NCBI GenBank assembly: GCA_900770285.1
Contig: CAAGJO010000003.1
Coordinates: forward strand, 9,989-73,988
Length of the DNA stretch: 64,000 nucleotides
From: Oscillospiraceae bacterium
GTDB lineage: Bacteria > Bacillota > Clostridia > Oscillospirales > Ruminococcaceae
Direction of reading: 5' to 3'
The translations under genes were made by a program, and so were the position numbers. This document shows positions 27,404 to 37,600 of the stretch, one piece after another. Under the pieces are notes generated by a model. The model had not been told where the DNA came from and made no database searches. It saw nothing but the letters and a program-made list of their open reading frames with translations. How positions within the stretch are numbered: the first letter of the stretch is position 1; each line of letters begins with the position of its first letter.

Positions 27404-28379
27404 TTTAGTATCTGTAATTGTTCCTGTATATAGGGTGGAAGAAAACTTGCTGCGAAAATCAATCGAAAGCATAATTGAGCAAACACATAAGGAAATAGAA
27501 GTACTTATAGTAGACGACGGTTCGCCTGACAACTGCGGCAAAATATGTGATGAATATGCATATGCGGATACAAGAGTTAAGGTTTTTCACACAGAAAACG
27601 GCGGCGTGTCCAGTGCAAGAAATTTCGCGTTAGCCCGTTCCAAGGGAAACTATATATTCTTTGTTGACAGCGATGATTATATTGAAAATAATACAATTGA
27701 ACAGCTTTTAAAGGCTATAAAAGAAAATGATACAGATTGTGCAATGTGTGCGGCTAATCATATTGACGAAGATAATATGGAAGGCAATGCAAAATATGCA
27801 CATTCTGATAATAAAGTGATTTTACATCAAAAGGAAGCTGTTGAAGCGCTGTGCTATATGGAACAGCCTTTTGAAAGCTATGAGTTTACTGCAATTTGGG
27901 GATGTCTTTATAAACGGGAAATTATCGGTTCGATTCGCTTTAATACAAAAATGAGAATAGGAGAAGACTTTGAGTTTAAATACCGGGTCTTCTTGAATAT
28001 AAATTCTGTAGTTTGTCTTGAAGACAAACTATACAATTATTTGATAAGAAGTAAAAGTGCAATGAGAAATGGTTTTGATTTGAATAAGGTTGATTCTGTG
28101 ATTGAATTGCAAAACCTGTTAAGATCTGATGCTGCACTTAATGAATACAAATCTGCTTTGCAGTCACGAATAGCCAATATTGCTATTGTTGTTCTTTTTA
28201 TGATACCTGTTAAAAAGGATTATAAAAAATACCGTGAACCAATCAAGAGATTTTTGAAGCAAAACCGCAGAGATGTTATACGAAACCCTAAAACGAGGAA
28301 AAAGGTAAAGATTTCTTTGCTTATGTCTTATTTCGGTTTTGATTTGGTTCAGAAATTGTTTTTTACAGTTAAAGGGTAA
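27396..28379 (+). CDS. Glycosyltransferase family 2
   Basis: VSVIVPVY, VDDGSPD, NGGVSSARN, FVDSDD, GED. Confidence 0.92.
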   Translation: MNDLVSVIVPVYRVEENLLRKSIESIIEQTHKEIEVLIVDDGSPDNCGKICDEYAYADTRVKVFHTENGGVSSARNFALARSKGNYIFFVDSDDYIENNTIEQLLKAIKENDTDCAMCAANHIDEDNMEGNAKYAHSDNKVILHQKEAVEALCYMEQPFESYEFTAIWGCLYKREIIGSIRFNTKMRIGEDFEFKYRVFLNINSVVCLEDKLYNYLIRSKSAMRNGFDLNKVDSVIELQNLLRSDAALNEYKSALQSRIANIAIVVLFMIPVKKDYKKYREPIKRFLKQNRRDVIRNPKTRKKVKISLLMSYFGFDLVQKLFFTVKG

Positions 28380-28398
28380 TATATTGAGGAGATAGTTA

Positions 28399-29502
28399 AT
28401 GGTTAAAGTTCTACATGAGCTGTCGGCACTTGATGGCGGAGGTATTGCAAAATTAGTTTATGACTATTATTTGCATATGGATCATGATAAAATACATTTT
28501 GATTTTTTGATTTATGATTATTATGATGAAGGCATTTATGAACAGCCTTTAAAGAATTTGGGATGTAATATCTACAAGATACCAAGAATAAAAAAAGACA
28601 AAAAGGGATATCTCAGAGGAATGGAGAAGGTCATAAAAGAAGGAAATTATGATGTTGTTCATTCACATATGGGTTCAAGAGGTCTTTTTGCTATGTACTT
28701 TGGCAAAAAATACGGCGTTAAAATGAGAATAGTACATTCTCATATTGCATTTGAACCGGTTTCATCTTTGAAGCGTAAATTTAATTGTGTATTGGCAAAA
28801 ATTGCAAAGCATTATGCCACCGATCTTTTTGCATGCGGACAGGATGCAGGGGTGTATATGTGGGGCAGAAAGGCTGCCGAAAACGGGAAAGTGCACATAA
28901 TGACAAATGCGGTTGATACAGAAAAATTCAAATTTTCCAAAGAGATTAGGGATAAGAAGAGAGAAGAAATTGGCGTGGACGGAAAGCTGGTAATTGGAAT
29001 TGTCGGACGGCTTTCAGAACAGAAAAATTATCCCTTTCTTTTTGCGTCATATAAAAAGCTCTTGGAAAAGAGAAATGATACAGTTCTGGTGATTGTCGGA
29101 AGAGGACTTGACGAAGAAAAGATAAAAGCACAGGCTAAGAATATGGGGTTGCAGGATTCAATTAAATTCCTTGGAATACGTTCTGATGTTGCTGAGCTTT
29201 TAAATGCTTTTGATGTGTTCGTTCTTCCGTCGCTTTATGAAGGGCTGCCTGTGGTATTAATTGAAGCACAAGCAAACGGTGTGCAGGAAATTGTATCAGA
29301 CAGGGTTACTTCAGAAATGGACATTACTGATTTGATAAGATTTCTGCCAATAGAGGGAACTGAAAATGATTGGGCGGAGGCTATGGCTTTGTGCAAAGAC
29401 AACAGCTCCGTCAGAGAAAAATACAGCCAGCAGGTATCTGAAGCCGGATATGATATCAGGGTGGAAAGCAAAAAAATGCAAGATTATTATCTTGGAATTT
29501 GA
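28399..29502 (+). CDS. Glycosyltransferase family 4
   Basis: VGRLSEQKN, PSLYEGLPVVLIEAQ; paralogue-like similarity to 25749..26864. Confidence 0.9.
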   Translation: MVKVLHELSALDGGGIAKLVYDYYLHMDHDKIHFDFLIYDYYDEGIYEQPLKNLGCNIYKIPRIKKDKKGYLRGMEKVIKEGNYDVVHSHMGSRGLFAMYFGKKYGVKMRIVHSHIAFEPVSSLKRKFNCVLAKIAKHYATDLFACGQDAGVYMWGRKAAENGKVHIMTNAVDTEKFKFSKEIRDKKREEIGVDGKLVIGIVGRLSEQKNYPFLFASYKKLLEKRNDTVLVIVGRGLDEEKIKAQAKNMGLQDSIKFLGIRSDVAELLNAFDVFVLPSLYEGLPVVLIEAQANGVQEIVSDRVTSEMDITDLIRFLPIEGTENDWAEAMALCKDNSSVREKYSQQVSEAGYDIRVESKKMQDYYLGI

Positions 29503-29522
29503 TAATAGATTGGAAGAAAAAT

Positions 29523-30626
29523 ATGAAAATTGCATTAATAACACTTCATGCCATTAAGAATTATGGCTCTGTACTTCAGACTTTGGCAACTCAGGAAATA
29601 TTCAAAAGCTATGGATATGATGTGGAAGTAATAAATTATATAAGAGAAGACTGTTTGGATAAAAATTTGCTGCATACTTGGTGCGGTTCCAATCCCATAA
29701 AAAAACTGGCAATGATTCCTACTTTGATTAAATGGAAATCGGTTTTTAATGATTTTATTCAAAAGAATTTCAAGCTTACTGAGCACGTTTACACTTATGA
29801 TGAGGATTTTAGAAAATATCCTGTTGAAGCAGATTTGTACTGCACAGGAAGCGATCAGGTCTGGAATACAGGCTGGAACGGCGGTATTATAAAATCACTG
29901 TTTTTGGATTTTGTGCCTGATGATAAATTCAGATTTGCATATTCTGCAAGCTTTGGTAAAAAAGAGCTTTCGGTACAAGAGGTGGCAGAAACTAAGGATT
30001 ATATTCAGAAGTATAATTATATTTCTGTTCGAGAGGATTATGCAAAGGACATGCTGACAGAATATTATAAGTATCCAGATTCTGTACATATCGTTGATCC
30101 GACTTTGGCATATGACGGTGATTTCTGGAGAAAATATGCTCCGGAAAGTAAGATAAAAGGTGATTACATACTGATTTATAATCTGAATCGTTCTAAGGAA
30201 TTTGACGATTATGCTGTTGAGCTTAGCAAAATAACTGGTTTGCCTATTTATTTTTTGTGCAGAAGATATGACCAGTTTACAAGACCGGGAAAGAGCATTT
30301 TAATTCCGGAAGTGTTTGAATTTATCACGTTGATAGATAATGCAAAATATGTATTGACAGATTCATTCCATGCTACTGCTTTTTCATTGAATTTGAATAC
30401 AGAGCCGATTTGTATATATCCCAATGAGTATGGCGGCCGCCTTGAAAGCGTATTGAAAATGACAAATACTGTTCAGAGACATGTAGAAAGTTATAATGAT
30501 TTTGAAGTTGTAAACAGAAAAGTCAATTTTGATGAAGTAAACGGGATTTTAGCTGAACAAAGGAAAAAGACCCGTGATTTTTTGGATAAGGTATTCAGTG
30601 CATACGAAAATCGAGATAAAAAATGA
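29523..30626 (+). CDS. Polysaccharide pyruvyl transferase family protein (NYG..LQ subtype)
   Basis: NYGSVLQ, TGSDQVWN, YSASFG, ISVRE, DPT, TDSFHA. Confidence 0.87.
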   Translation: MKIALITLHAIKNYGSVLQTLATQEIFKSYGYDVEVINYIREDCLDKNLLHTWCGSNPIKKLAMIPTLIKWKSVFNDFIQKNFKLTEHVYTYDEDFRKYPVEADLYCTGSDQVWNTGWNGGIIKSLFLDFVPDDKFRFAYSASFGKKELSVQEVAETKDYIQKYNYISVREDYAKDMLTEYYKYPDSVHIVDPTLAYDGDFWRKYAPESKIKGDYILIYNLNRSKEFDDYAVELSKITGLPIYFLCRRYDQFTRPGKSILIPEVFEFITLIDNAKYVLTDSFHATAFSLNLNTEPICIYPNEYGGRLESVLKMTNTVQRHVESYNDFEVVNRKVNFDEVNGILAEQRKKTRDFLDKVFSAYENRDKK

Positions 30627-30669
30627 GGCAAAATGAAAATATGTTTAGGAAAATTACGGGGGTGGCTGA

Positions 30670-31809
30670 GTGACAATTTATTTGATTGCACTTTTTGCAA
30701 TATTGCTGTTCGGTGCTGCGGCAGATCACAATATATCCAAGCGGAATAAAAAGAGATTCATATTTATTGCATTTGGAATATTATTGTTCATCTCAATGCT
30801 GAGACATTATACCGTTGGAAAAGATCTTGAGGCACATTATTATAGTTCATTTTTAAAAGTAATAGATTTACCATGGAATCATTTATATACTCTGGGATAT
30901 GAGAATGGTTATCTGACATTTTATAAAATACTGAGTTTGTTTACAAGTGACCCGCAATGGATGATAGCAATTCATGCATTGTTTGTTATTGGAGTTACCG
31001 GATGGTTTATTTACAGAAATTCTGAAGATGTTGTAATAAGTACATTTATGTTTATTGCCACCAACACATGGTTTATGTATATGACTATGTTGAGACAGGC
31101 AATGGCGGTAAGCCTTATATTAATAGCTTTGGAAATATGGAAACGCAAGGACTGGAAAATAAGACGATTTGTTTTTTATTTTTTGATTGTACTTATAGCT
31201 GTTCAGTTCCATTCTTCGGCAGTTGCTGCACTGTTTTTCCCTATTTTTGATTTTATACCATTTAAGAGAAAACAGATCTTGGTTTCATTGACCACTATGG
31301 TCATATCGTTTGTATTGTATAATCAGATTTATAATGCCATATCTGTATTTTCCATAGGAAAAAGGGACTATACCGATTTTTACTCAAGAAGTGAATCAGT
31401 TATAAATCTGACCGGATTGTACTTTGTATTTATGTACATGGGATTCTTTATAATTGGCGTATATTGTTTGGTGTACCACAGAAAGAAGCCTGAGCCGGGT
31501 GAGATTACATATGAAAGCACATCGTCAAAGGGATTTAGTGACAGCTTTTTGTTATATATGGTATTTTCTCTTGTAGTAACCAGAATAATGGGTCTTAGAA
31601 TTAATATTGTTTCCCGAATGTCGTTCTATTTTATTCCATTTATTTTTATTCTGATTCCAAGAGCTTTAAATCAATTCCGTCTTGCGAAAGATAAAAAGTT
31701 AATAAAAGATACTATTTACATATTAATGATGATAGCATTTATCTGGCTGGGATTCAGAAATGCCGATTTCCTTTATGGTACAGTACCGTATAAATTCTTC
31801 TGGGAATAA
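30670..31809 (+). CDS. EpsG-family polysaccharide polymerase (Wzy-like)
   Basis: About 10 TM helices; LR...VG.D, E.GY, LRQ..A, FH.SA, R...YF, C-terminal VPY motifs. Confidence 0.82.
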   Translation: MTIYLIALFAILLFGAAADHNISKRNKKRFIFIAFGILLFISMLRHYTVGKDLEAHYYSSFLKVIDLPWNHLYTLGYENGYLTFYKILSLFTSDPQWMIAIHALFVIGVTGWFIYRNSEDVVISTFMFIATNTWFMYMTMLRQAMAVSLILIALEIWKRKDWKIRRFVFYFLIVLIAVQFHSSAVAALFFPIFDFIPFKRKQILVSLTTMVISFVLYNQIYNAISVFSIGKRDYTDFYSRSESVINLTGLYFVFMYMGFFIIGVYCLVYHRKKPEPGEITYESTSSKGFSDSFLLYMVFSLVVTRIMGLRINIVSRMSFYFIPFIFILIPRALNQFRLAKDKKLIKDTIYILMMIAFIWLGFRNADFLYGTVPYKFFWE

Positions 31810-31829
31810 TTATTAGTTAAGGAGTAGAA

Positions 31830-32864
31830 ATGTCGCAGGAAAATTCAATTAAAAGGTCAAATTCTATTGATATTTTAAAAGCCATTGCTGCGTTAATGGT
31901 TTGCTATCAGCATGCCTGCGGACAAGGCGTGATTGCTGAATATTTATTAGCATTTGCAAGAGTTGCAGTACCTTTGTTTGTTATGGTGACAGGATATTTT
32001 TACAGGGGAACTGTTGAAAAACACAGAGAATTCAAACAGATAAAAAAATTTTTCTTTATAGCAGTTGGAATGGTTGCTCTTTATTTCTTCATAGATTGTG
32101 CAAATCATTTACTGACACATGATTTGGTGAAATATTTATCAAACTTTTGTAAGCTGCCAAATGTGTTGGCGTTTGTACTGTTCAATGACCCAATTAATGC
32201 AGATCATTCCTGGTACATGTGGGCAATGATATATGTACTGTTGTTTTTATATATTGCACCTTCACTCTGGAAGAAAAAGATATCTCGATATATAATTGTG
32301 TTTACTACAGTTATCGGGCTGCCTCTTTTAAGCAAGTATGTATATCTATTTGATGATAATATAAAAATATCTTCTGATTTATACAGAAATTTTCTGATAC
32401 CTGTAGCAGCATATTTTATTTTGGGAATTATACTTTCAGAACATAAAGAATTTATACAAAAAATGGGAAGCAAAAAATGGGCAGTTATAGTAATTGCTGC
32501 AGTTGTATTGATTTCAGCGGAAAAAACCGTTTTTCAATTACTGGGCATTCATCATTCCAAAGGTTCATTTTTCTTTACACCATTGTTAGCAATTGCAATT
32601 TTCAGCTATTTTCTTAACTTTAATCATACTGGAAAAGTCGCCGGATTTTTTGCAAATTTCGGCAGAAAATATTCTTTGATGTTTTATGTTATTCATCCTA
32701 TTTTTGTCAGATTTGAAGTAAAGATTTTTAATATGAAAAGCTGGCAGCAGTATCTAGGATATTTTACAGTTGTTATTTGCACTTATGTATTTGTTGTTCT
32801 GTTTTACAAGGCAAAAGATTTTGTGAAATCTAATTTTATGGGCAGAAAATATGAAACTCATTAA
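31830..32864 (+). CDS. Acyltransferase-3 family membrane O-acyltransferase
   Basis: R..SIDILKAIAA..V...H, AVPLF..TGYF, WYM, YS..FYVIHP. Confidence 0.87.
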   Translation: MSQENSIKRSNSIDILKAIAALMVCYQHACGQGVIAEYLLAFARVAVPLFVMVTGYFYRGTVEKHREFKQIKKFFFIAVGMVALYFFIDCANHLLTHDLVKYLSNFCKLPNVLAFVLFNDPINADHSWYMWAMIYVLLFLYIAPSLWKKKISRYIIVFTTVIGLPLLSKYVYLFDDNIKISSDLYRNFLIPVAAYFILGIILSEHKEFIQKMGSKKWAVIVIAAVVLISAEKTVFQLLGIHHSKGSFFFTPLLAIAIFSYFLNFNHTGKVAGFFANFGRKYSLMFYVIHPIFVRFEVKIFNMKSWQQYLGYFTVVICTYVFVVLFYKAKDFVKSNFMGRKYETH

Positions 32865-32907
32865 ATTTTATCAGTTCAAAAAATGAAAGTAAGGAGTAAA
32901 ATTAACT

Positions 32908-34038
32908 ATGGATAAAAAAATTGCAGAAGTGATTTCTGGTAGTCCTTTACTCAAAAAAATATACAGTGAACTGTTTAAGATAAAAATTGCCAAAAGAAAT
33001 TTTAAAGCAAAACCTCAGCGTATTGAGCAGACTAAATTAGCACTTTCTGAGCTTGAAAGAGTGAAGAATTCAGAAAACCGCATATTTTTCTGTGGAATAC
33101 CAATGCATAAAAATATGGGCGACCAGGCCCAGCGTTATTGCATCCAGGAGTGGTGCCGCAGTAATTATCCCGATTATGATATTGCAGCAATTCCTTCGTG
33201 GCCGTTTTATGAAAAAAATTTCAGGAATGCATTAAAGGATACGGTTTGCAATGGGGATATTTTTGTCATTCAAAGTGGTTACTGCACTACAGACAGACAT
33301 TATGATCATAGCATGCATCGTTTTCTTGTGAAGAATTTTCCAGATAACAGAATTCTGATAATGCCTCAAACGGTTAATTTTTTTGATGAGCGGGAAGGAT
33401 ATAAAACCGGGAAAATTTATGATAAGCATGAGCATCTTTTGTTTCTGGCAAGAGATAAAGTGTCCTTTGAATCGGCAAAACGATTTTTTAAAAATACTCC
33501 GATTTATTTATATCCGGACATTGTTACTACTTTAATTGGCAGTATGTCCAATAACTCAGAAAGAGAAGGGTTATTGCTTTGTATACGAAATGACGGCGAG
33601 AAGAAATATTCTAATGAGGAAATTCATCGCCTGGAAAATAAGCTTGAAGAGTCAGGATTTGCTTGTGAAATATCTGATACTAATTCTGATTTGTCATTGG
33701 AAGAACTGGTTAAAAATTTCAAAGATGAACTGGATAAAACTTTAAGATATTTCGCTTCACACAAAGTTGTTATAACTGACCGCTATCATGGGACTATTTT
33801 CTCTATGATTTCAAATACACCTGTGATTGTTCTGGCGACTAATGACCATAAAGTAAAAACAGGTACGGAATGGTTTAAAGGTGTTTACGACGGTGCTTTT
33901 TATAATGCAAATTCCTTGGGTGAAGCTTATGATATAGCATATAGCTTAATGGGCAGCAATGTTAAATTAGAAAATAAACCATTCTTTAAAACAGAGTATT
34001 ATGATAAATTAAACCAACTTATAAAGGCAAAAGCATGA
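32908..34038 (+). CDS. Polysaccharide pyruvyl transferase family protein (EpsI/YvfF-like)
   Basis: NMGDQAQ, MPQTV, ARD..S, YPDIV, R.D.E, ITDRYHG. Confidence 0.85.
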   Translation: MDKKIAEVISGSPLLKKIYSELFKIKIAKRNFKAKPQRIEQTKLALSELERVKNSENRIFFCGIPMHKNMGDQAQRYCIQEWCRSNYPDYDIAAIPSWPFYEKNFRNALKDTVCNGDIFVIQSGYCTTDRHYDHSMHRFLVKNFPDNRILIMPQTVNFFDEREGYKTGKIYDKHEHLLFLARDKVSFESAKRFFKNTPIYLYPDIVTTLIGSMSNNSEREGLLLCIRNDGEKKYSNEEIHRLENKLEESGFACEISDTNSDLSLEELVKNFKDELDKTLRYFASHKVVITDRYHGTIFSMISNTPVIVLATNDHKVKTGTEWFKGVYDGAFYNANSLGEAYDIAYSLMGSNVKLENKPFFKTEYYDKLNQLIKAKA

Positions 34039-34047
34039 AGCAGCAGG

Positions 34048-35064
34048 GTGATATTTAATATGATTACAAAAATAAAGAAAGCAATACAATATTTTCGTGT
34101 CAGATTATATGAGCTGAAAATATGTTTTTTTGAATTTAAAAGAGGAAGCAAGTTAAAATCAGATGCCTATGAATCATTTTTTAAGAACGGTATGTTGGTT
34201 GAAGTTCATTCCGTTGAGAAAGGTCTTGGACTAAAAAATACACAGCCGGGTCACAGCTCAAAACCTGTTAACAATCTTATAAATAAAATGTTTAGTTATA
34301 TGGGCAGAGGATACGATGTAAATGATTTTGCTTTCAGGGAAACATTTCGTGTTATTTCTGCGTATATTGAATATCAGAAACAGTTTGATACAAGCAGTTT
34401 TCCGGAATTCCCTGAAATAGAGCGTAAATTCAATTTTCTGAAAGGAAAATTGGGAGAAGAATTTGTCAGCAAAACAGAAGAAACTTTATTGGCAGGTTCA
34501 AGAATAATTTCAAAAGAAGAATTGCTTAAAGGAAAAGATTTTGACTTTGGTTCTTTTATTTCATCAAGGCACAGCATTCGTATGTATGAAGATAAGCCAA
34601 TTAATGCTCATGATATAAAAAAGGCTGTTGAGATTGCAAATCAATCTCCGTCTGCATGCAACAGACAGCCAACCATGGTTTATTTCAGCAACAACAAAAA
34701 AGTTGTTGAACAGATTGATAAATTAATTACAGGAAGCAATGGCTTTAAAGGAGAAACACCAAATTACTTGGTAGTTACAACAGACCGTGCTAAGTTTATG
34801 CAGGAAGAGCAGTTCCAGTGGTACATAAACGGTGGAATATATTTATCATATCTTACTTTAGCTCTTCATTCACTGGGAATAGGCAGCTGTATTATGCAGT
34901 GGAAAGCTTTTTACAAAACGGAGAAAGAATTAAAAGCTCTCTTGGGTATTTCCGCTCATGAGGCGATAATAGCGATTGTAGGATGCGGGTATTATCAGGA
35001 CGATACAAAATGCATCTATGCTCAAAGAAAGGCTGCAGAAGAAACTTTGCAAATCGTAGGTTAA
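34048..35064 (+). CDS. Nitroreductase-fold flavoprotein with long N-terminal extension (paralogue 1)
   Basis: SRHSIRMY, SPSACNRQP, LHSLGIGSC; N-terminal VHSVEKGL. Confidence 0.85.
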   Translation: MIFNMITKIKKAIQYFRVRLYELKICFFEFKRGSKLKSDAYESFFKNGMLVEVHSVEKGLGLKNTQPGHSSKPVNNLINKMFSYMGRGYDVNDFAFRETFRVISAYIEYQKQFDTSSFPEFPEIERKFNFLKGKLGEEFVSKTEETLLAGSRIISKEELLKGKDFDFGSFISSRHSIRMYEDKPINAHDIKKAVEIANQSPSACNRQPTMVYFSNNKKVVEQIDKLITGSNGFKGETPNYLVVTTDRAKFMQEEQFQWYINGGIYLSYLTLALHSLGIGSCIMQWKAFYKTEKELKALLGISAHEAIIAIVGCGYYQDDTKCIYAQRKAAEETLQIVG

Positions 35065-35069
35065 TAAAA

Positions 35070-36545
35070 ATGTTTAATAAACTGGTGAACTTATATAAAA
35101 ATATGGGGATAGCGGCAAAAGCCGCAATTTGGTTTGTATTCTGCAATCTTATGCAAAAAGGAATATCAACCATTACTGTTCCGATGTTTACAAGATTGCT
35201 GACCACGGCAGAATACGGAACATATAGTCTCTATATTTCTTGGTTTAATATTCTTACCATTGTTACATCATTAAATTTATACTATGGTGTTTTCAATAAT
35301 GCGCTGAATAAAATCCGTGACAGCAAAGAGCGTGACAAATATGTCTCGTCCATGCAGGGATTAACTATTACCTTAACGGCAGTATTAATCATTATATATC
35401 TTCCTTTTCAGGATTTTTGGAGCAATCTCCTGGGATTAAGCAAATTAGTTTTGTGGTTAATGATTGCTGAACTAATGGTAGAGCCAGCGCTTCAATTCTG
35501 GTCAGGAAGACAAAGATTTGAGTATAAGTACAAGACAATGGTCAGTGTTACATTGCTCAAGTCTGCTCTTAATCCGATTCTGGGATTGATTCTAGTTATA
35601 CTTGCCAGAGATGACAAAGCAACAGCGAGAATCGTATCGGTTGTTGCAGTGGAAGTTGTTATAGCAGGAACAATACTGGTTATGCAATTCATAAAAGGCA
35701 GAGTATTTTACAATAGAGATAATTGGAAATATGCACTGGGGTTTAATATACCTTTAATTCCTCATTATTTGTCAGGAACTATTTTGAGTCAAAGTGACCG
35801 AATAATGATTCAAAATATAGTCGGAACAGCTGAGGTAGGTATATACAGCGTTGCTCACAGTATAGGTTTGCTGGCACAGTTGTTTACTAATGCAATTAAC
35901 AATTCAATGACGCCGTGGATGTATGAAAATCTCAACCAAAAAGATTACAAAAACATAAGAAAAAACGTAAATTATATTTTATTGCTACTGGCAGGAATAA
36001 TTATAGCGCTTTGCTTTTTTGTACCGGAACTGGTTAAAATATTCGGTTCAAAAGAGTATTATGATGCTATTTATGTTGTACCTCCAATTGCAGCAAGTGT
36101 TTATTTTATCTTTTTATACAATGTATATGCAATTCCGCAGATGTATTTTGAAAAGCAAAAGTTTATGTCTGTAGCTTCAATTTGTGCAGCAGTTTTGAAT
36201 ATTGTACTAAATCTTATTTTTATCTCATTGTTTGGATATTATGCAGCAGGATATACTACTCTTGCAAGTTATATTGTATACAGCATAGGACATTACTTCT
36301 TTAGTAAAAAGGTTTGCCTTGAAAATATAGGTTCATTTGAAGTTTTTGACAGCAGAACTATTTTTCTGATTTCCATAGGAGTAGTTGCTTGTTCAATAGC
36401 ATTTATATTCTTGTACAGATTCACTGTTTTGCGTTATATAATTGCAGGGGTGCTTTTGATTGCAGCAGTAAGTCAATACAAAAAAATAATAGGTGTAATA
36501 AAAGCGATTAGTAAAAAAACGGGGTTTAAACAAAAAGGAGCATAA
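35070..36545 (+). CDS. wzx: Oligosaccharide flippase (Wzx)
   Basis: Multi-TM; P.FTRLL...EYG, SDRIMI......EVGIYSVA, LN..FI..FG..AA..TT. Confidence 0.88.
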   Translation: MFNKLVNLYKNMGIAAKAAIWFVFCNLMQKGISTITVPMFTRLLTTAEYGTYSLYISWFNILTIVTSLNLYYGVFNNALNKIRDSKERDKYVSSMQGLTITLTAVLIIIYLPFQDFWSNLLGLSKLVLWLMIAELMVEPALQFWSGRQRFEYKYKTMVSVTLLKSALNPILGLILVILARDDKATARIVSVVAVEVVIAGTILVMQFIKGRVFYNRDNWKYALGFNIPLIPHYLSGTILSQSDRIMIQNIVGTAEVGIYSVAHSIGLLAQLFTNAINNSMTPWMYENLNQKDYKNIRKNVNYILLLLAGIIIALCFFVPELVKIFGSKEYYDAIYVVPPIAASVYFIFLYNVYAIPQMYFEKQKFMSVASICAAVLNIVLNLIFISLFGYYAAGYTTLASYIVYSIGHYFFSKKVCLENIGSFEVFDSRTIFLISIGVVACSIAFIFLYRFTVLRYIIAGVLLIAAVSQYKKIIGVIKAISKKTGFKQKGA

Positions 36546-36551
36546 ATTAAT

Positions 36552-37529
36552 ATGAGCTTTAAAAATGTTCTAAAAAGTAATGTATTTTTATGCCGTATGG
36601 GAAGGGCAATAAATATACACAGAGAATTTATTCATGATTCTAAGAATTTTGCAAAGTATTATAATAACAGCGCTGAAAAGAAAAATGACTATAGGTATAG
36701 TATTATGCTGATAGTTCATAGCATTGAAAAAGGTCTTTGTATGGAAAAACTACGTCCTTTTGGCAGTAAAAAAATCATAAGACTCATAAATATATTGAAA
36801 ACATATCCCCAAGAACGTCATAATGAATTTGAATATTCTTTGGCAGTCGCCGTATTAAATGCATGGAAAAAGCTGTATGATACTAAAAATTGGGTAAAAG
36901 AAAATGGTTATAGTGAAGCAGTGGACTTTTTAAAGACGCAAACAGAGCCTGAAATTTCTGCCGGATTTAAAGAGTATATTCCGATCAGTGCAAATTCCAA
37001 TTTTAACGATTTTGAAAGAGTTTTATTGTCAAGACATTCTGTACGAGATTTTCAAGATAAACCTTTAGAAGCTACTGATATAGATTTTGCTTTGGATTTA
37101 TTTATTGAAGCACCAACTGCTTGTAATAGACAAATGTGCAAAATATATTATATAACAAAGGAAAGTATTAAGAAAACTTTAGATGATGTAATTATCGGTG
37201 TTTCAGGATTTAATAAAAATACAGTGAATTATTTTATTGTTACATATGATTTAGCAGCATTTGCATATTCCGGTGAAAGACAGCAAGGTTTGCTTAATGC
37301 CGGCTTATGTGCTATGAATTTTGTAAACGGACTTCATATAAAGGGTATAGGCTCATGCTTTATGCAGTGGACAAACAAACCTAAGGAAGATGAAACAGTA
37401 AGAAGAATGTTAGGATTGGCCGACAGCGAAAGAATAGCAGTAGTTATTGGTGCAGGTTATTATCTGGACAAAAATATTATACCGTGTTCTACAAGAAAAC
37501 CTAAAGAAGAAATATTTAAAACAATATAG
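36552..37529 (+). CDS. Nitroreductase-fold flavoprotein with long N-terminal extension (paralogue 2)
   Basis: SRHSVRDF, APTACNRQM, LHIKGIGSC; N-terminal VHSIEKGL shared with paralogue 1. Confidence 0.85.
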   Translation: MSFKNVLKSNVFLCRMGRAINIHREFIHDSKNFAKYYNNSAEKKNDYRYSIMLIVHSIEKGLCMEKLRPFGSKKIIRLINILKTYPQERHNEFEYSLAVAVLNAWKKLYDTKNWVKENGYSEAVDFLKTQTEPEISAGFKEYIPISANSNFNDFERVLLSRHSVRDFQDKPLEATDIDFALDLFIEAPTACNRQMCKIYYITKESIKKTLDDVIIGVSGFNKNTVNYFIVTYDLAAFAYSGERQQGLLNAGLCAMNFVNGLHIKGIGSCFMQWTNKPKEDETVRRMLGLADSERIAVVIGAGYYLDKNIIPCSTRKPKEEIFKTI

Positions 37530-37550
37530 TTATTATGGATAATTTAATGT

Positions 37551-37585
37551 AAAAAAAGGCAGTAACACAATAGTTGCTGCCTTTT
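37551..37585. terminator. Bidirectional terminator closing the polysaccharide locus
   Basis: AAAAAAAGGCAGTAAC-loop-GTTGCTGCCTTTT. Confidence 0.78.
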
Positions 37586-37600
37586 CTATGTTTTCAATTT

